Part shown: positions 26,713 through 39,812 of the stretch, in pieces
How the letters are laid out: every line of letters begins with the position of its first letter
Position numbering within the stretch: position 1 is the first letter of the stretch
From: Felis catus
Lineage: Eukaryota
Length of the DNA stretch: 64,000 bases
Direction of reading: 5' to 3'
NCBI RefSeq assembly: GCF_018350175.1
Contig: NC_058368.1
Coordinates: 42,286,001 to 42,350,000, forward strand
Notes under the pieces: model-generated
Databases searched by the model: none
Told to the model about the DNA's origin: nothing
What the model saw: the letters and a program-made list of their open reading frames with translations, nothing else
Translations under genes and position numbers: made by a program

Positions 26713-27763
26713 AAAGTGCCAAAGGGTTGGTTTCTTTTGAGGTCTTGTTGCTTGACTTATAGATAGACATCATATTTTGTCTTCACATTGTCTTCCATCT
26801 GTGTGTACCAATGTCCTAATCTCCTCTTTTTATAAGGACACCATCAATATTAGATTAAGGCACACCCTCACGACCTCATTTTAACTTAATTAACTCTTTA
26901 AAGACATATTTCCAAATACAGTCATATTCTGAAATATTAGAGGTGAGGACTTTAACATATTTATTTTGGGGGAATACAATTCAGTACATAACATCTAGTA
27001 AATGCACATTTTTGGGGTAGAAAATGAAATAAATAGCCAAGTAACCCCCATCAATCAAATTCTTCAATTTTGAAGTCCTATTTGAATTCATATCACCCTA
27101 AACTTCACACTTGTCAAACAGGAGTAGGGGTGGAAGAATGTTAGAAAAGAAAAGTGTATCATATTTATTCTTACTTACAATCATATGGGAAGAATACCAG
27201 ACCACAAGTCACGAGCTATGGGTTCCTTCTTAGTTTGCTATGCATTTACTGTGTGGTCTCAGCTTTTAAGATCAATTATCTCATTTTTTAAGTATAAAAC
27301 TGGAAATTTCTCCTAGTTAAAGGAGATTTCAATGGCATCTATTTTAACATGGTGTGGGATGATGACAATGGAGATGGTAATAACTGGTAGCTTGTATTTA
27401 GTACAAAGTTCAGACATCCTACCCTGGCAATTTGTGTATAGAATTTCATGTTCTCACAAAACACAAGGTGAACATTAGTTTTTCACTTTTCTGATAAGGA
27501 AATGAAAGCTCAGAATACTAAAGAAATCTTCTAAAGCCATATAACCAGGAAAGAGTTGGGCACTGTGTTCCACAGTTTATCACCTTCCCATAGCAGGCTG
27601 AAGCATGCCTACAGTTTCACAGTCATGTACAGTTAAAACAAAAGTCTCTTGACTCCATCTTCTATGCTTAATAATATTTTTTGGACAGAGAATAACTTCT
27701 GTATTGAATATATAAATTCTGGACATAATTCTATTTTAAATGTATTTATCTTTAAGCAGATTG

Positions 27764-27946
27764 CTTTTTTTTTTGTAGAGAGAGAGAGAGTGCACAAGCA
27801 GGAGTGAGGGACAGAGAGAGAAACTCAAGAAGGCCCCATGGTCAGTGTGGAGCACGATGCAGGGCTCAATCCCATGCCTCTGGGATCATGACCTAAGCCA
27901 AAATCAAGAGTTGAACGCTCAACCAACTGGGCCACCCAGGCACCCC
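27764..27946 (-). mobile_element. CAN-SINE
   Basis: TSD taagcagatt (27753-27762 / 27947-27956). Confidence 0.93.
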
Positions 27947-28652
27947 TAAGCAGATTATTTTTTAACCAAATAACAATGCTGTTTTTTGGTTTTGTCTTAA
28001 ATACTACACATAAAAAATTTAAAAACTCATGCTATCAAAATATTTTGATGAAACCTGAAAGAATAAATGTTGATATTTTTAAAAACTATGTTTACCTGAT
28101 ACTTTATATTATATTGATGTTTTCATGTCTTTGAGCCTTATAATTTATAACTTATTAAATCTTATCTTTAGTATTAAATTGAATAATTCATATTAATTTG
28201 ACCTTTTATTTTGACCTTTTATATGAAAATGTAAAACTTTAGAAACTGTATATTTTTGATAATTTAAACTTTGTTCTATACCATAATGATTTGTACACAT
28301 CTATATAATAAAATATAGTGGTATACCTTTTGGAATATATCAATTAGCATATTGTATATTTTCTATATTATTTAGTCTTCACATGAGAAAAATACTGAGA
28401 TATACTAAGATATATAATGAAATAGGAGATTTTCACATTAAATATATCATACAAAAATCTTCATAATTCCTGTAATTAAATAAATAGAAACCCAAAAGAA
28501 GTACTGTGTTCTACTACGTTCCTAAGCGATGTAGAATATAGTCCTGTGACAAAGTATATATCCTCACAATATGAATTGGCAGTTATCTGGTTAAATTGAG
28601 AATTTTGTTGCTGCTTTCTGATGACCTATATTAATAAGAAACCAGTACTCAC

Positions 28653-28712
28653 CTTAGGAAATGTAGACATGGTCTTTTTATCTACATTGTTTTCCTATGG
28701 TATGCTCTAGCC
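28653..28712 (-). CDS. Candidate initiator exon (60 nt): 5'UTR plus ATG at 28670 encoding MSTFPK
   Basis: Consensus donor AAG|GTGAGT (28652-28647); ACCATG Kozak context; in-frame upstream stops; acceptor tctgtacAG at 28714-28713. Confidence 0.45.
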
Positions 28713-29159
28713 CTGTACAGACTTTGAAAGTACTACAGCAAACCAACAGAATATGCACTTTTATTTTACCTAAAAGTTTCACTATTTAGCATTCTGCTCT
28801 CATTCCAAGGATACAGTCATTCAAATCTGTAACACCATTTGCGACCTTAAAAATCATTTTGAGTAGTTTTCATAAAATGACCAAAATTTATTTCTTCCAT
28901 TGTTCCTGTTATAAAATCTCTCTCAAGAAGAGTAATTTTGATTTAGTACTTTCCTACGCCCTGTCAGTGACAGCAGCAGCTAAAACTTCAACTAAAGAAT
29001 ATTTACAGGTGGAAAATGAGACCTGGGGAGGACAATGCTTGGTTTTCCATTTCAGAGCTCTGTTTTCGTTCCTTATAACCTTTGATCTGTAAATTTAGGA
29101 TATCTGGTGTAAAAGCCATTGGAGAAGTATGAGCATGAAATCTTATGAAGCCAGTTTTA

Positions 29160-29386
29160 TCTTTTTTTTTTTAATTTTTTTTCCAACATTTATTTATTTT
29201 TGGGACAGAGAGAGACAGAGCATGAACGGGGGAGGGGCAAAGAGAGAGGGAGACACAGAATCAGAAACAGGCTCCAGGCTCTGAGCCATCAGCCCAGAGC
29301 CTGACGCGGGGCTCGAACTCATGGACCGGGAGATCATGACCTGGCTGAAGTCGGACGCTTAACCGACTGCGCCACCCAGGCGCCCC
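29160..29386 (-). mobile_element. Young SINEC_Fc-type SINE
   Basis: CpG-rich body (ggacgcttaaccgactgcgccacccaggcgcccc); perfect 15-bp TSD atgaagccagtttta (29145-29159 / 29387-29401). Confidence 0.97.
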
Positions 29387-29479
29387 ATGAAGCCAGTTTT
29401 AAAAGATTACTTCATCTGACTACACATATATCATAGGGATTATGAACAATTGTTCTGCTGTCGCTTATCTATTAAGGTT

Positions 29480-30000
29480 CACAGTCATTAATTCCTTTGG
29501 AGGATAGGGAAGGAGGCGGAGCCAAGTCTAGAGACATACAAATATGTGTTTTGCACATATTAATGATAGCTCATTTGACAAAATCAAGCAATGGCATGTA
29601 TTTGTAAATGTTACCTGCTTCCCCACCCTCTCCCCAACCACCCCTGCCCCTGCAAAAAAAAAAAAAAAGAAAAAAAAAAGATAAAGAAAAAGAAAATGAA
29701 AAGGCAAACTGAGAAACCAAACAAGTTTCCTTTTTATGACAATGACCTCCATATAAGAAGCACACATACAAGTGGTGAGAGGAAATGTGATTAACCTGTC
29801 TACTAGAAACCTTTTAAGGTTCTCATAAAAATTGGATGTGCAGGAAATACTTGGACAATGCATTAAGTGGCAGCACACACTGAATGTGCTCAGGGTTTTA
29901 AAATTTTCAAAAGGGAAACCTATCTTTTCTGCCCGCATCAACTAATGTTTTCCAGCTCTGTTTTGTTGACTACAGCTCACTGAACTCCCACTGCACCTTA
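29480..30000. promoter_or_regulatory. Candidate promoter/enhancer upstream of the MSTFPK exon
   Basis: GC-box-like ggaggcggagcc (about 29512-29523), C-rich ccccaccctc tract, minus-strand donor CAG|GTAACA at 29614; non-repeat sequence. Confidence 0.3.
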
Positions 30001-30511
30001 CTTATGTCAAAAAAAGGTTCAGCTTAGAGCTTTGTAAAAATTGTATTAGTCATGAATAGAGTGTTTTGTATTTAAATTTTCTTTGTAAGCTTAATTCCAA
30101 CAATAAATGCTACTTTGTCTTTTTCTTCTTTGTTTCTTTAATATTCAGAGATGACCTAACCACATTGTAGTAAAAAATGAGATGTAAAAATGTTCTCAGA
30201 ATGGATGGGGTCTACATAACAAACAAGATATTAAGAACAAGAAATAATGAGAATCCAGCCTTTAAGCATCTCACCCACTCCGTGGCTTATAAATATATTT
30301 CTGAGGAATCTTGAGGAAAAAAATTCCCACGGTCAATCAGAGGGATTCTTCTGTATCCTCAGGAAAGTATAAATAGATATGTTTGATATTAAAGAAAAAT
30401 TTAATCTATTTAATTTTATTTTGAAGCTAACGATGTTTTAGAAGAAAGAGGACAAGCACACATACACAACATGGAAATGAAAAAGAAAAATGCTGTTACT
30501 CATTGGATTTC

Positions 30512-30724
30512 TTTTTTTTTTTAATTTTTCTTAATGTTTATTTAGTTTTGAGAGAGACAACACGAGCAGGGGAGAAGCAGATAGAGAGGGAGACAGAATC
30601 CAAAGCTGGCTCCAGGCTCTGAGCTGTCAGCACAGAGCCTGACACGGGGCTCAAACTCACAAGCCGTGAGATCATGACCTGAGCCGAAGTCAGATGCTTA
30701 ACCAACTGAGCCACTCAGGTGCCC
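30512..30724 (-). mobile_element. CAN-SINE
   Basis: TSD ttacYcattggatttc on both sides. Confidence 0.95.
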
Positions 30725-31082
30725 TTACCCATTGGATTTCTAATGCATTGTATTCCCAGTGCTTTCAAAAGTAGAAAGCATCAAACAGCTGGCATGAATT
30801 CTCTGCTCCATCGGTATATTCCTAGAAGAGAGAAGTTTCCTTTCTCAAGTCCTTAACACCTGATATCATCAGCCATTGATTCCACCCAAGTAATTATACC
30901 CTGATTTAATGCTATTAATTATTTTAATTCTCATAAAGATTTTGTAAAAGTGACAGAATTTGATTACCAACATCCCTCTCCTCACAAATGTTTGACTACA
31001 CAGCAAGGTACTATGGAGTAGCTAGCTGAGAGAATTTATATTTGAAATGACTAAGAACAGATGAGTATGAACTTATATAAGG

Positions 31083-31086
31083 TCTG

Positions 31087-31139
<53 letters not shown>
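31083..31139. repeat. (TCTA)n tetranucleotide microsatellite
   Basis: Direct reading, about 13 units. Confidence 0.97.
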
Positions 31140-33863
31140 ATGGGGAGGAATGGGAAGTGTATATAGCTGCTTCCTCTTGTTTGAATGAAACTGTTAACAT
31201 TACTAGGAATGAAGTACATGGAAGATTTGTGAGGGGAAGCCACTAGTCAACTGAATATAAATATTAGTACGCACTATCATAACAGGAAGGAAATTGTAGA
31301 GTCTCTCTTTTGGGAGACCTCAAAGAATAATTCATGATCTCTCTTTCTTGAAAGAGTTATCAGAGCACTTTTGATTCACAGGATATAGAAGCCTTGAGTA
31401 AAAATCTTGGCTCTGCCACTGCAAGGTGTTTAATATTAAAGTAAATTCACTTAGCTTTTGAGTGTCTCAGTTTCTTCCTCCATATAATATCAAGTTAGCT
31501 AAAAACATTCCTTCAACTGTCTTTCAAAACTAAATCATTTTAAAGAAATTAACTTTTGAAACCCTTCATTGTTCTTTGATTCCGAAGTGATTTCTAAAAT
31601 ATTTCTGCTGTGACTGTAAACTCAGATGAATATTCAAAACATATATCAGCAAAACAAAAACATCTGCCCCCCCAAAAAAAGAAAGAAAAAATGACTTCTC
31701 TAGATACAGTAGTATATTCTAATTAAATATTCTATTTACTCCATTCATAAGAAGAAAAGCTACATCATTCACTTTGGAAAGTAAGGAGGAAAAAAAAAAA
31801 AACAACTTCCATTTTTGTCCTCACTCCAATGTGTAAATACTCTAGTTTTTTTTTTTTTTAGAATAGACTTATGAGGCTTTTAAATTATGTATTTCAAATT
31901 CAAAATATAGTATATTTATAGTAGTATAACTGAGGGAAAACATATGTCCATAAAACCATTTCTAGACTATCTAATATGTCAAAGGTTTAGAAAACAGCCA
32001 GTTATTTAGAAATAGTATAGTTTTTGTATTGATATAAAATACATTATATATTATGTAATACACTGGTATAGAAATAGTTAAAATAATAAAATTTATTAGG
32101 TTAATGGGAACATTATTCTCTAAGCCATATAAGAGGTATATTTAAATATAACAAAATTTTTAGAAATACTGCATATTCTTTTTATTGTTACCCAGAGAAC
32201 CACAATACTATTCATTTTCACAATAAACTAACACAATATTTTTGCCTTTCTACATTCTACCCATGTCCTGAGATATGTGTGATTTCTTATTGTATAAAAC
32301 TCTTTCTTTGTCTGAAAGCAAATGTCCCCTTTCTATAAAGGAATTTTCTTAATAATCTGTGAAATAAAGTGCCTTTTATTTTTGACATCACTATATTTTC
32401 AACATTGTTAATCAGGAGAATATTAAAGAACTGGCTTAGAGAAAATAAGTTTCTCAACAACTCGGCCAAATAAGGTAAGTCACTGTCTTATAAAAACAGG
32501 AAAGACTTAAGATGCCTTGTGAACAGCATATAATATCATCGTGTTGTAGGTGGTGTTCTTTCCTATTCAAATAATACAGCCAAATTTGGCAACCACTGAG
32601 GTAAACGGTTTCAAGATCTGGTACTACTGTAATAGTAAAGTTGATTTATTAGACTCCAGTAACTGAATTGGGAATAAGAATGCCCAGTGGTTCACAGATT
32701 AGATTCATAAGCGTACTTTACTCAATCCAAGGTAAGAGATATTTGCAGTTGTTGTTTTCCTGCCAAGACAAAACATTGGGTTCTCCTGTTTAGATTTCAG
32801 CCATTTGAATGTCAGGCAGACAAGGAAAAAAAAAGTTACCAATCAATCTTAGAATCCTGTGAAGTGTCTTGGATTCTGTAAATATTAATTAGGAAATTTG
32901 TATTAATTTGCCTCAGCTCTACTTAAGCAGCTCAAAACATGACATATGTTTTTATACGAAACATTTAGAATGTAGTAATTCTATAAAAAAATACAAACTG
33001 GACAGAAAATCTTGGGGCAGAAGAGACACTGGGTTTCAATTGAACTAAGAAAGGAAGACGAAGATCCACTTACGATGTAATGATCCCAACCAAAAGTTAT
33101 CAATTTTCAAATGTAAAAATTATATAAATACAAATCATGGTTGATAAACAAATATACCCAAAGTACCTAAAGCCAGCCTGCCCACTGCCCTTGTTACTGT
33201 TGTCCCAGAATTCATTTCAACACTGACTCAGCAGAAAGACTTGAGACTATAGCTTTGCAGCTACGTCTCTAAGTTGCACCACAGTTGTCATCACTAACTA
33301 ACCTATGCTATCTGGGAAAAACGTAAAAGCTTGTGAGCCATAAGAGAAAAAAAAGCAGATACAACAAAAAGCAGATCAGTTACATGCTGTGGAGTTTGTA
33401 ATGAGTACTTCATGATGATAACATTTCCTTTTGATATTTGTTCTCCATTTTAATATGTTTGCATTTTTACATTTCACTAATTCATTTAGTTATTGTTTTT
33501 TTTCTAATTGAGCACTTAAGGTTTATCAAGTTAAGTTTATACTGAGTTGAACTCAGTAGTGCCTGCTTCACTGGGTATAGTGTAATAAACTAGATGTATA
33601 TTATACAAATAGAAATATAGTGACAGATGGTACAAACAAAATGAAGGAACAAACTCTGTCAAGGTGAATAGTTACAATTAACTCCAATGAAATAATGAAA
33701 AGTAAAATCTTTATTGTAGATAATTACTACATAACAGTTGTTCACCTGGAGGTGCATTGTTTTGATTACAAAGTAGACCTTAGTAGAGAAACAGCAGAAA
33801 AATAAGAGTATTTAACTAGAAATAAAGAACACAAAAATAAATGTTATGATTTTAAAAATCCTT

Positions 33864-34083
33864 GGGGTGCCTTGTTGGCTCAGTTAGTTAAGCCAACGAC
33901 TCTTGATTTCAGCTCAGGTCATGATCTTGCAGTTCCTGAGTCGGAGCCTCGCATGGGGCTCTGCACCGAGGGGGCAGAGCCTGCCTGGATTTTTCTCACC
34001 TCTTTCTCTGACTCGCCACCTCTCATGCTCTTTTTCTCCCTCTCTCTCAAAATAAACAAATGAACGTTAAAAATTTAAAAACA
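33864..34083 (+). mobile_element. CAN-SINE
   Basis: ggggtgccttgttggctcagttagttaag head; TSD aaaaatcct. Confidence 0.92.
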
Positions 34084-34849
34084 AAAATCCTAATGCTGTC
34101 AATGTTAGTTATAGAATATCCTTTGGAATATAATGAAATCTACTTTGTAAAAGTAATAAAGGATAGGCATTTCTTTGGGGTCTAAAATGATACCTGGTTT
34201 TTCCTAAATATCTTATATACGTTATTTTTCGAGGTATTAGAAGGCTGAATCTCATTTGGAATATTTTTGTTTAGAAAGCATGCATAGTCACAGCTTTGCA
34301 TCGGGGATCTATACACTCTATTCTTAACCATTTTATGATTTGACAATATAACTTATAGTATGTTTCTGAGCTTCAGTTTTTTTGTTGTTTCATTTTGTTT
34401 TCCAGTTAATAATGTGGGTCCAAAAACTAGGTGCAGGTAGAGAATAAAAGGACTATTTTTAAAGAGCTTTCATTTTTAATGGCATATTTAACCAGATTTG
34501 TGGAAACGTAAATTAAATACAGTTATGTCATCATGTTGAGTGACAAAATTAAAAATCTGAAGAAATCTAAACAAGTAGAAATTATAGGTTGAAACTAATG
34601 TAAAGTAAAATAGTTCTTGGAGGAGAAATCTCTTCACACAGACAGTAAAGGAAACCCTACATTATACCTGGCTTTTTCATTATCTGTCTGTCTGCTAAAT
34701 AAACAGGTGAGAAAGATATATCAATAATATCATAATAGAAGCAACAATATCTTTGGATTCAAAGACATGTTCGTTTGAATTGCAATGTTTTACCAGTAAT
34801 TACAGCGAACTCTCAGCCAAGTTCCTTAATCTTCCTAAACTATAATGTT

Positions 34850-35011
34850 ATATACTATATATTTATGATAAAGTTAGCTAGAGAAAAGAAAATTTTAAGA
34901 AAATCATAAGGAAGAGAAAATACATTTATAGTACTATACTGAATTTATCAAAAAATCCACTTATAAGTGGACCATGTAGGTCAAACCCTTATTATTCAAG
35001 GGACAATTGTA
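34850..35011 (+). mobile_element. Tigger2/MER8-type TcMar DNA transposon terminal fragment
   Basis: aaaaaatccacttataagtggaccatgtaggtcaaacccttattattcaagggacaattgTA resembles the Tigger2 right terminus with TA target. Confidence 0.7.
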
Positions 35012-35029
35012 AAAATACCTGAAGTTAAA

Positions 35030-35190
35030 TACTTACTTCTTTATTCTTGTTAATGCCTGCCTCCTCAACTTGCTCCTAAGATCCATGAGGGCAGAAAATA
35101 TATCATCTGTTCATTGCTTTATGTCTCACATTTGGTATAACCCTTGTATATGTAGTAACTCAGTATTTATTGAATATACATGTAAATAAA
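35030..35190 (+). mobile_element. L2 3' end relic
   Basis: taagatccatgagggcaga...tgttcattgctttat...gtagtaactcagtatttattgaat. Confidence 0.65.
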
Positions 35191-35731
35191 TAATCTTTCA
35201 GATGGAGTAAAACTATGTGTGGTTCATCATTCAACACTCTAAAAGTATGGCTCATTCACATGACTCAAAATAAAATTTACCAACTTCTCTATAAGTAGTA
35301 GACATTTCAGTCTTCCAAACTAGAGTGCTCCTAGCCTTAATTCTGAGAGATAATTAGCAGTTTGACAAGAAGTCCTCAATTACCCAAGGTATAATTAGTT
35401 ACCATTAGAAAAAATAAAAGAGGAAAGTATCAGTAGGGCTTATTTAAGATGATCATAGTTACAAAGCTGAAATTTAAATGAAATAATTTCCTTTACGTGA
35501 TAGGCCAGAATAAGTAGGCACTGATGTTTAAGTATTGATTAAAAACTGATGCCATAGAATTAGAATATAGTGAAGCTTGCAAGCTGCACTAATCAATTAA
35601 TTTAGTTGTAGCAATTTGGATGTGAACTTCTATGAAACTAGGAGTCATGGCTCTTTTTGAATGGAGAATCTTGACTGAATTTAGGATCTTGAAAGAAACT
35701 ATGGAAACCCTGTAAAAACTTCAGCAGCCAT

Positions 35732-35910
35732 GGGGTGCCAGGTGGCTCAGCTGGTTAAGCATCTGACTTTGGTTCAGGCCATGGTCTCAGGGTCTGAGTT
35801 GGAGCTCTGCTTCCAGTGAGCTCAAGCCCTGCTTCAGAGCTCCACAGATGGAGACTGCATGGGATTCTCCTTCTCTCCCCCTCTCTCTCCCTCTTTATGC
35901 CCCTTGTGGG

Positions 35911-35946
<36 letters not shown>

Positions 35947-35995
35947 CCTCACTCAGTGCCACTCTCTCTCTAAAATGAATAAACCTTAAAAAACC
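35732..35995 (+). mobile_element. CAN-SINE (diverged, with internal duplication)
   Basis: ggggtgccaggtggctcagctggttaag head; two tgag..gagc.ctgcttc segments; (CT)n; AATAAA. Confidence 0.88.
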
Positions 35996-38292
35996 CTGCA
36001 GCAGCTACAAATCAAAATGCAATCTTTCCATGTGATGGTTGTTTATGGTTCCAATGTTCTCTTCAACAATTCCTAACTTCATCCAGAAACCACTATCATT
36101 CATATCATCCTTTTAAATAAAAGAAAAGTAACTATTTCCTTTTTGTTCTTCTTTATCTTTCTCTTTCACTTTAAATTCATCACCATAACAACACTGGAAG
36201 AATGGTAAAATCCAGGAAATTATTCTTGTTAGATTAATGTAATCACTTATACTTTGAGTAAGATGTATTATATTATGAGTCTATTTATGCATCTATCTAT
36301 GCAAATTTCACACATGCAATCACTTTAATTTGAATTGTATGTGCAAACATATGACAAGCAAAAAGTTCCAATAGAATTATTTTAAAATGCATTTATTTAT
36401 ATAGTATTCAATTTAATTGAGGATATATCTATCAGTTATTTCTTAATATTGAGATACAATACCAGAACATTTGTAAAAAAAGGGGGCAGTTTTACATATT
36501 CAACTAAAATGTAATGAGTTAGTTACCATGAGATAATGGTCTTTGCTTGCATTTGGGTACTACGGTTTTTATTCAAGCTGTTCTGTATTTAACTTTGAGT
36601 CATTCAAATGGCTAATGATATACTTACATCACCTTATAAAAGTTATATTTAATAAGTGAACATATTTAAACTACTTAAAACATTTACTGACATTGGACAT
36701 TCAATAAATATTATTCTGTCAATAATATTCCAGTTAATTTCTTCTTTTTGAGTTTAAATAGACAGACATTGTCATTTGTATAGGATATATCGTACCCCAT
36801 CCGTGGAGTCATTCAGAATGATATTAACACATTTTTTCCTTCTTGTTAGTAACATATGTCCCTGAATCAATATGGAGTTATTTAAGGTAATATCATGCTC
36901 AAAATTAAAAAAAAAAAATCAATAGATTAGAGAGGCGGTTACCATTATGGCTGTATTTCATCTAATTAACAACTCACTGGTGTTCTACTTAGAGCAAAAG
37001 AGGAGAAAACATACAGTTTTTTTTTTTTTAAAGGGTGCCATCTTTTCAAAGAAAGTTTAGTAAACCAATGGACTGATTTTGCAATAGAGCTCTCAGGAAT
37101 TCCTCTGAAGAAAATTTTGTAAATGTTTGGCTACTTTTATTATGCAAAACAAATACATTTAAAATATCTGACTCATAAAGAAGAATTTTATTTATCAAGA
37201 AATCACTTAGAATACCAAGAAGACTAATTTAATTAGAATTTAATTTTAATTAATGTAGTTGTATAGTTTAAGGAATCTTGGTTATCAGAATCTCCATAAA
37301 ATCATGCCATATTATAATAAAACAAATCACAGACTCCAAAAGTTAGTAATTAATGAAGTTATGCTTAAAAATACAACCCAGGTCTCTTCCGTTTTGTATG
37401 GATTCTGTTTTCAAAACAAGTAATAATCATAGATAACTGAGATCATAAGTTAAATCATAGAATACATAGATAACTCAAATATAAACCAGATGATATATAA
37501 TAAAAGATTTAGCAATAAAGAGTGAAGATTGGCAGGAAGGAGAGATCATTTCATAAAATCAAGGTACATATCATTAATGAAAATTTAATCTGCAATCTGC
37601 ATTTCAATAATAGGAAAATTAAGATTGGCAGAAAATGAGTCTAAACGTAAAAAAGAAAGTATAAATGGTATTATCTGCAAAGCAAAACTATACTATTGAA
37701 ATTACAAACATATTATTGTGCACAGATACAGACTATTTATATCTAAATAAATTCTAAATTCTTTACAAAGTTTCAATGCACATTAGTCTTGAGTCCATTC
37801 ATATAATAATATGGATTTGGGGAGAGGAGGAAGAAATATTTAGGCATCCTTAAACCATGCTGATGCTTTGGAACAAAATTTTTCTACTCCAAATTATAAT
37901 AAAGTTTATAAACATTATATCTCTGTCTTGTGATAATTGTTTGTCATAACCTGATACAAGTAAAACCTTGGGTTGTGAATAACTTGGTCTGCGAGTGTTC
38001 CATAAGACAAGAAAACATTTCTGATAAATTTTAACTTGATAAATGAGCAATGTCTTGCAATATGAGTAGTATGATGCTGAACATTAAGCCACAACTGAGC
38101 CAATGGTTATTGAAATTTGCTTTGATATACAAGTGCTTTGGATTACAAGCATGTTTCCAGAACAAAATATGCTCGCAAACCAAGCTTTTGCTTATTTTTT
38201 TATTCCAACTTTTTGGTCAAGAACACAATCTCAATAACATTCCTCTTTCAGGAAAACATATCTTTACAAGAGCTTGACTTAAAAAATCATTT

Positions 38293-38413
38293 GGGGGGCA
38301 CCTGGGTGGTTCAGTCATTTAAGCGTCTGGCTTTAGCCCAGGTCATGATCTCACATTTCATGAGTTCAAGCCCCACATCAGGCTCTCTGCTGTCTGCACA
38401 GAGCCTGCTTCAG

Positions 38414-38447
<34 letters not shown>

Positions 38448-38490
38448 CCCTTTCCCCTCACATGCTTTCTCTCTCTCTCTCTTAAAAAAA
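38293..38490 (+). mobile_element. CAN-SINE with short tail
   Basis: Flanking cttaaaaaatcattt duplication. Confidence 0.93.
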
Positions 38491-38719
38491 TCATTTTCAA
38501 GATACGTTCTGATAAAAGGAATTTTCTGTATTGATAGATTTTGCAAAGAAATTCTGGCATTTCAATATATAAAACAATTATCGGAAACATGGGTGTATAT
38601 GTACAATATATGGATTAGTAATATTATGCTACAACACATGATATATCCGATGGCATTACATCATGATGTTTTGTCCTCATTAGCAATGCATAATTCAATG
38701 AATTGGACAAATTATAATA

Positions 38720-38824
38720 AATAGGATATATATATGTATACATATATTTTATATATATATATAATAGGATATATATGTATACATATATTTTATTTTTATT
38801 TTTATTTTATACATATATTTATAT

Positions 38825-38880
<56 letters not shown>
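38720..38880. repeat. AT-rich compound repeat: duplicated ataggatatatatgtatacatatattttat unit plus (TA)n
   Basis: Direct reading. Confidence 0.9.
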
Positions 38881-38884
<4 letters not shown>

Positions 38885-39588
38885 GGACATTAGTGCAACA
38901 TTTCTGTCAATCCCTGCATATGCATCTGTGATGTACTTCAAATGACTACTGCCTCTGATTTTTACTCAATAAACCTACACCTTTCAATCCCCTCCACCAA
39001 AAAATGAACAAAAGGGTTGAGGTTGGGTGAGGATGCAATTCACTGCATATAGTTATATTATCTAATTCTGTTTTGGAAATTTTCATCTGACCATTTCTTC
39101 ATCATTCTGGAATAATGAAGTATTGTACCGTTCTTTTTGGAACTATTCTGAGTGACCTTGCTAGCTAAGCCATATTTTAAATGAAAACTATATGCTCTCC
39201 CTATCTGCTTTATGCAATCACATACACATTTGAAGGCTTTATGAGGAGGATGAAGAAATGGAATAAAGACTCCGCTTCAACCAATAATCCCCCGAGATCA
39301 GGAACATGTTCTGGAGCCTTAGCTGCCTTTTCTTCCTTAGCAAACAAAACATACCGTTCTCAAGCTTCTCTAAAATCATTCTTATTATTTCAATAGGCAT
39401 GTTTAATCAACCAGGATTGCACAATTTCTGAGTTGAAAGCAAGCTAGTAAAGACCTAAAATGGAATCTGAATTTCTTAATTTAAATGATGGAACTGATTT
39501 TCTGGTTTAACATTGATCTGAGCCAAGAATACGAATATCCCTAGAGAAACTAACCACTAAGGTAATGGGTTAAGAATGGCTGGAGAGT

Positions 39589-39812
39589 GAGGTATCCGGG
39601 TGGCTCAGTCAGTTAAGCATCTGACTTTTGATTTTGGCTCAGGTCATGATCTCACGGTTTGTGGAATCAAGCCCCACACAGGGCTCCATGCTAACAGAAC
39701 GGAGTCTGCTTGGGATTCTCTCTCTCCCTCTCTCTCTGCCCCTCCCCCGCTTGCTCTGTCTTTCTCTCTAAATAAATAAACAAATAAACAAACATTGAAA
39801 AATAATAATAAA
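39589..39812 (+). mobile_element. CAN-SINE
   Basis: 16-bp TSD aagaatggctggagag (39572-39587 / 39813-39828). Confidence 0.96.

Larger units (their letters stand above)
26003..26993 (-). mobile_element. MLT1-family (ERVL-MaLR) solo LTR interrupted by two CAN-SINEs
   Basis: gctataacaaagtaccacaaact..ggcttaaacaacag..ttctcacaattctggaggctag and ...tataaggacacc...acaattcagtacataaca are MLT1 hallmarks. Confidence 0.85.

Noticed and set aside
26477..26773. KERK/EGRK and PSFL repeat ORFs
   Set aside because: Translations of the (GAAA)n(GGAA)n microsatellite
29528..29941. 137-aa minus-strand ORF with poly-Phe
   Set aside because: Crosses a poly-A/T tract and has a non-ATG start in the track
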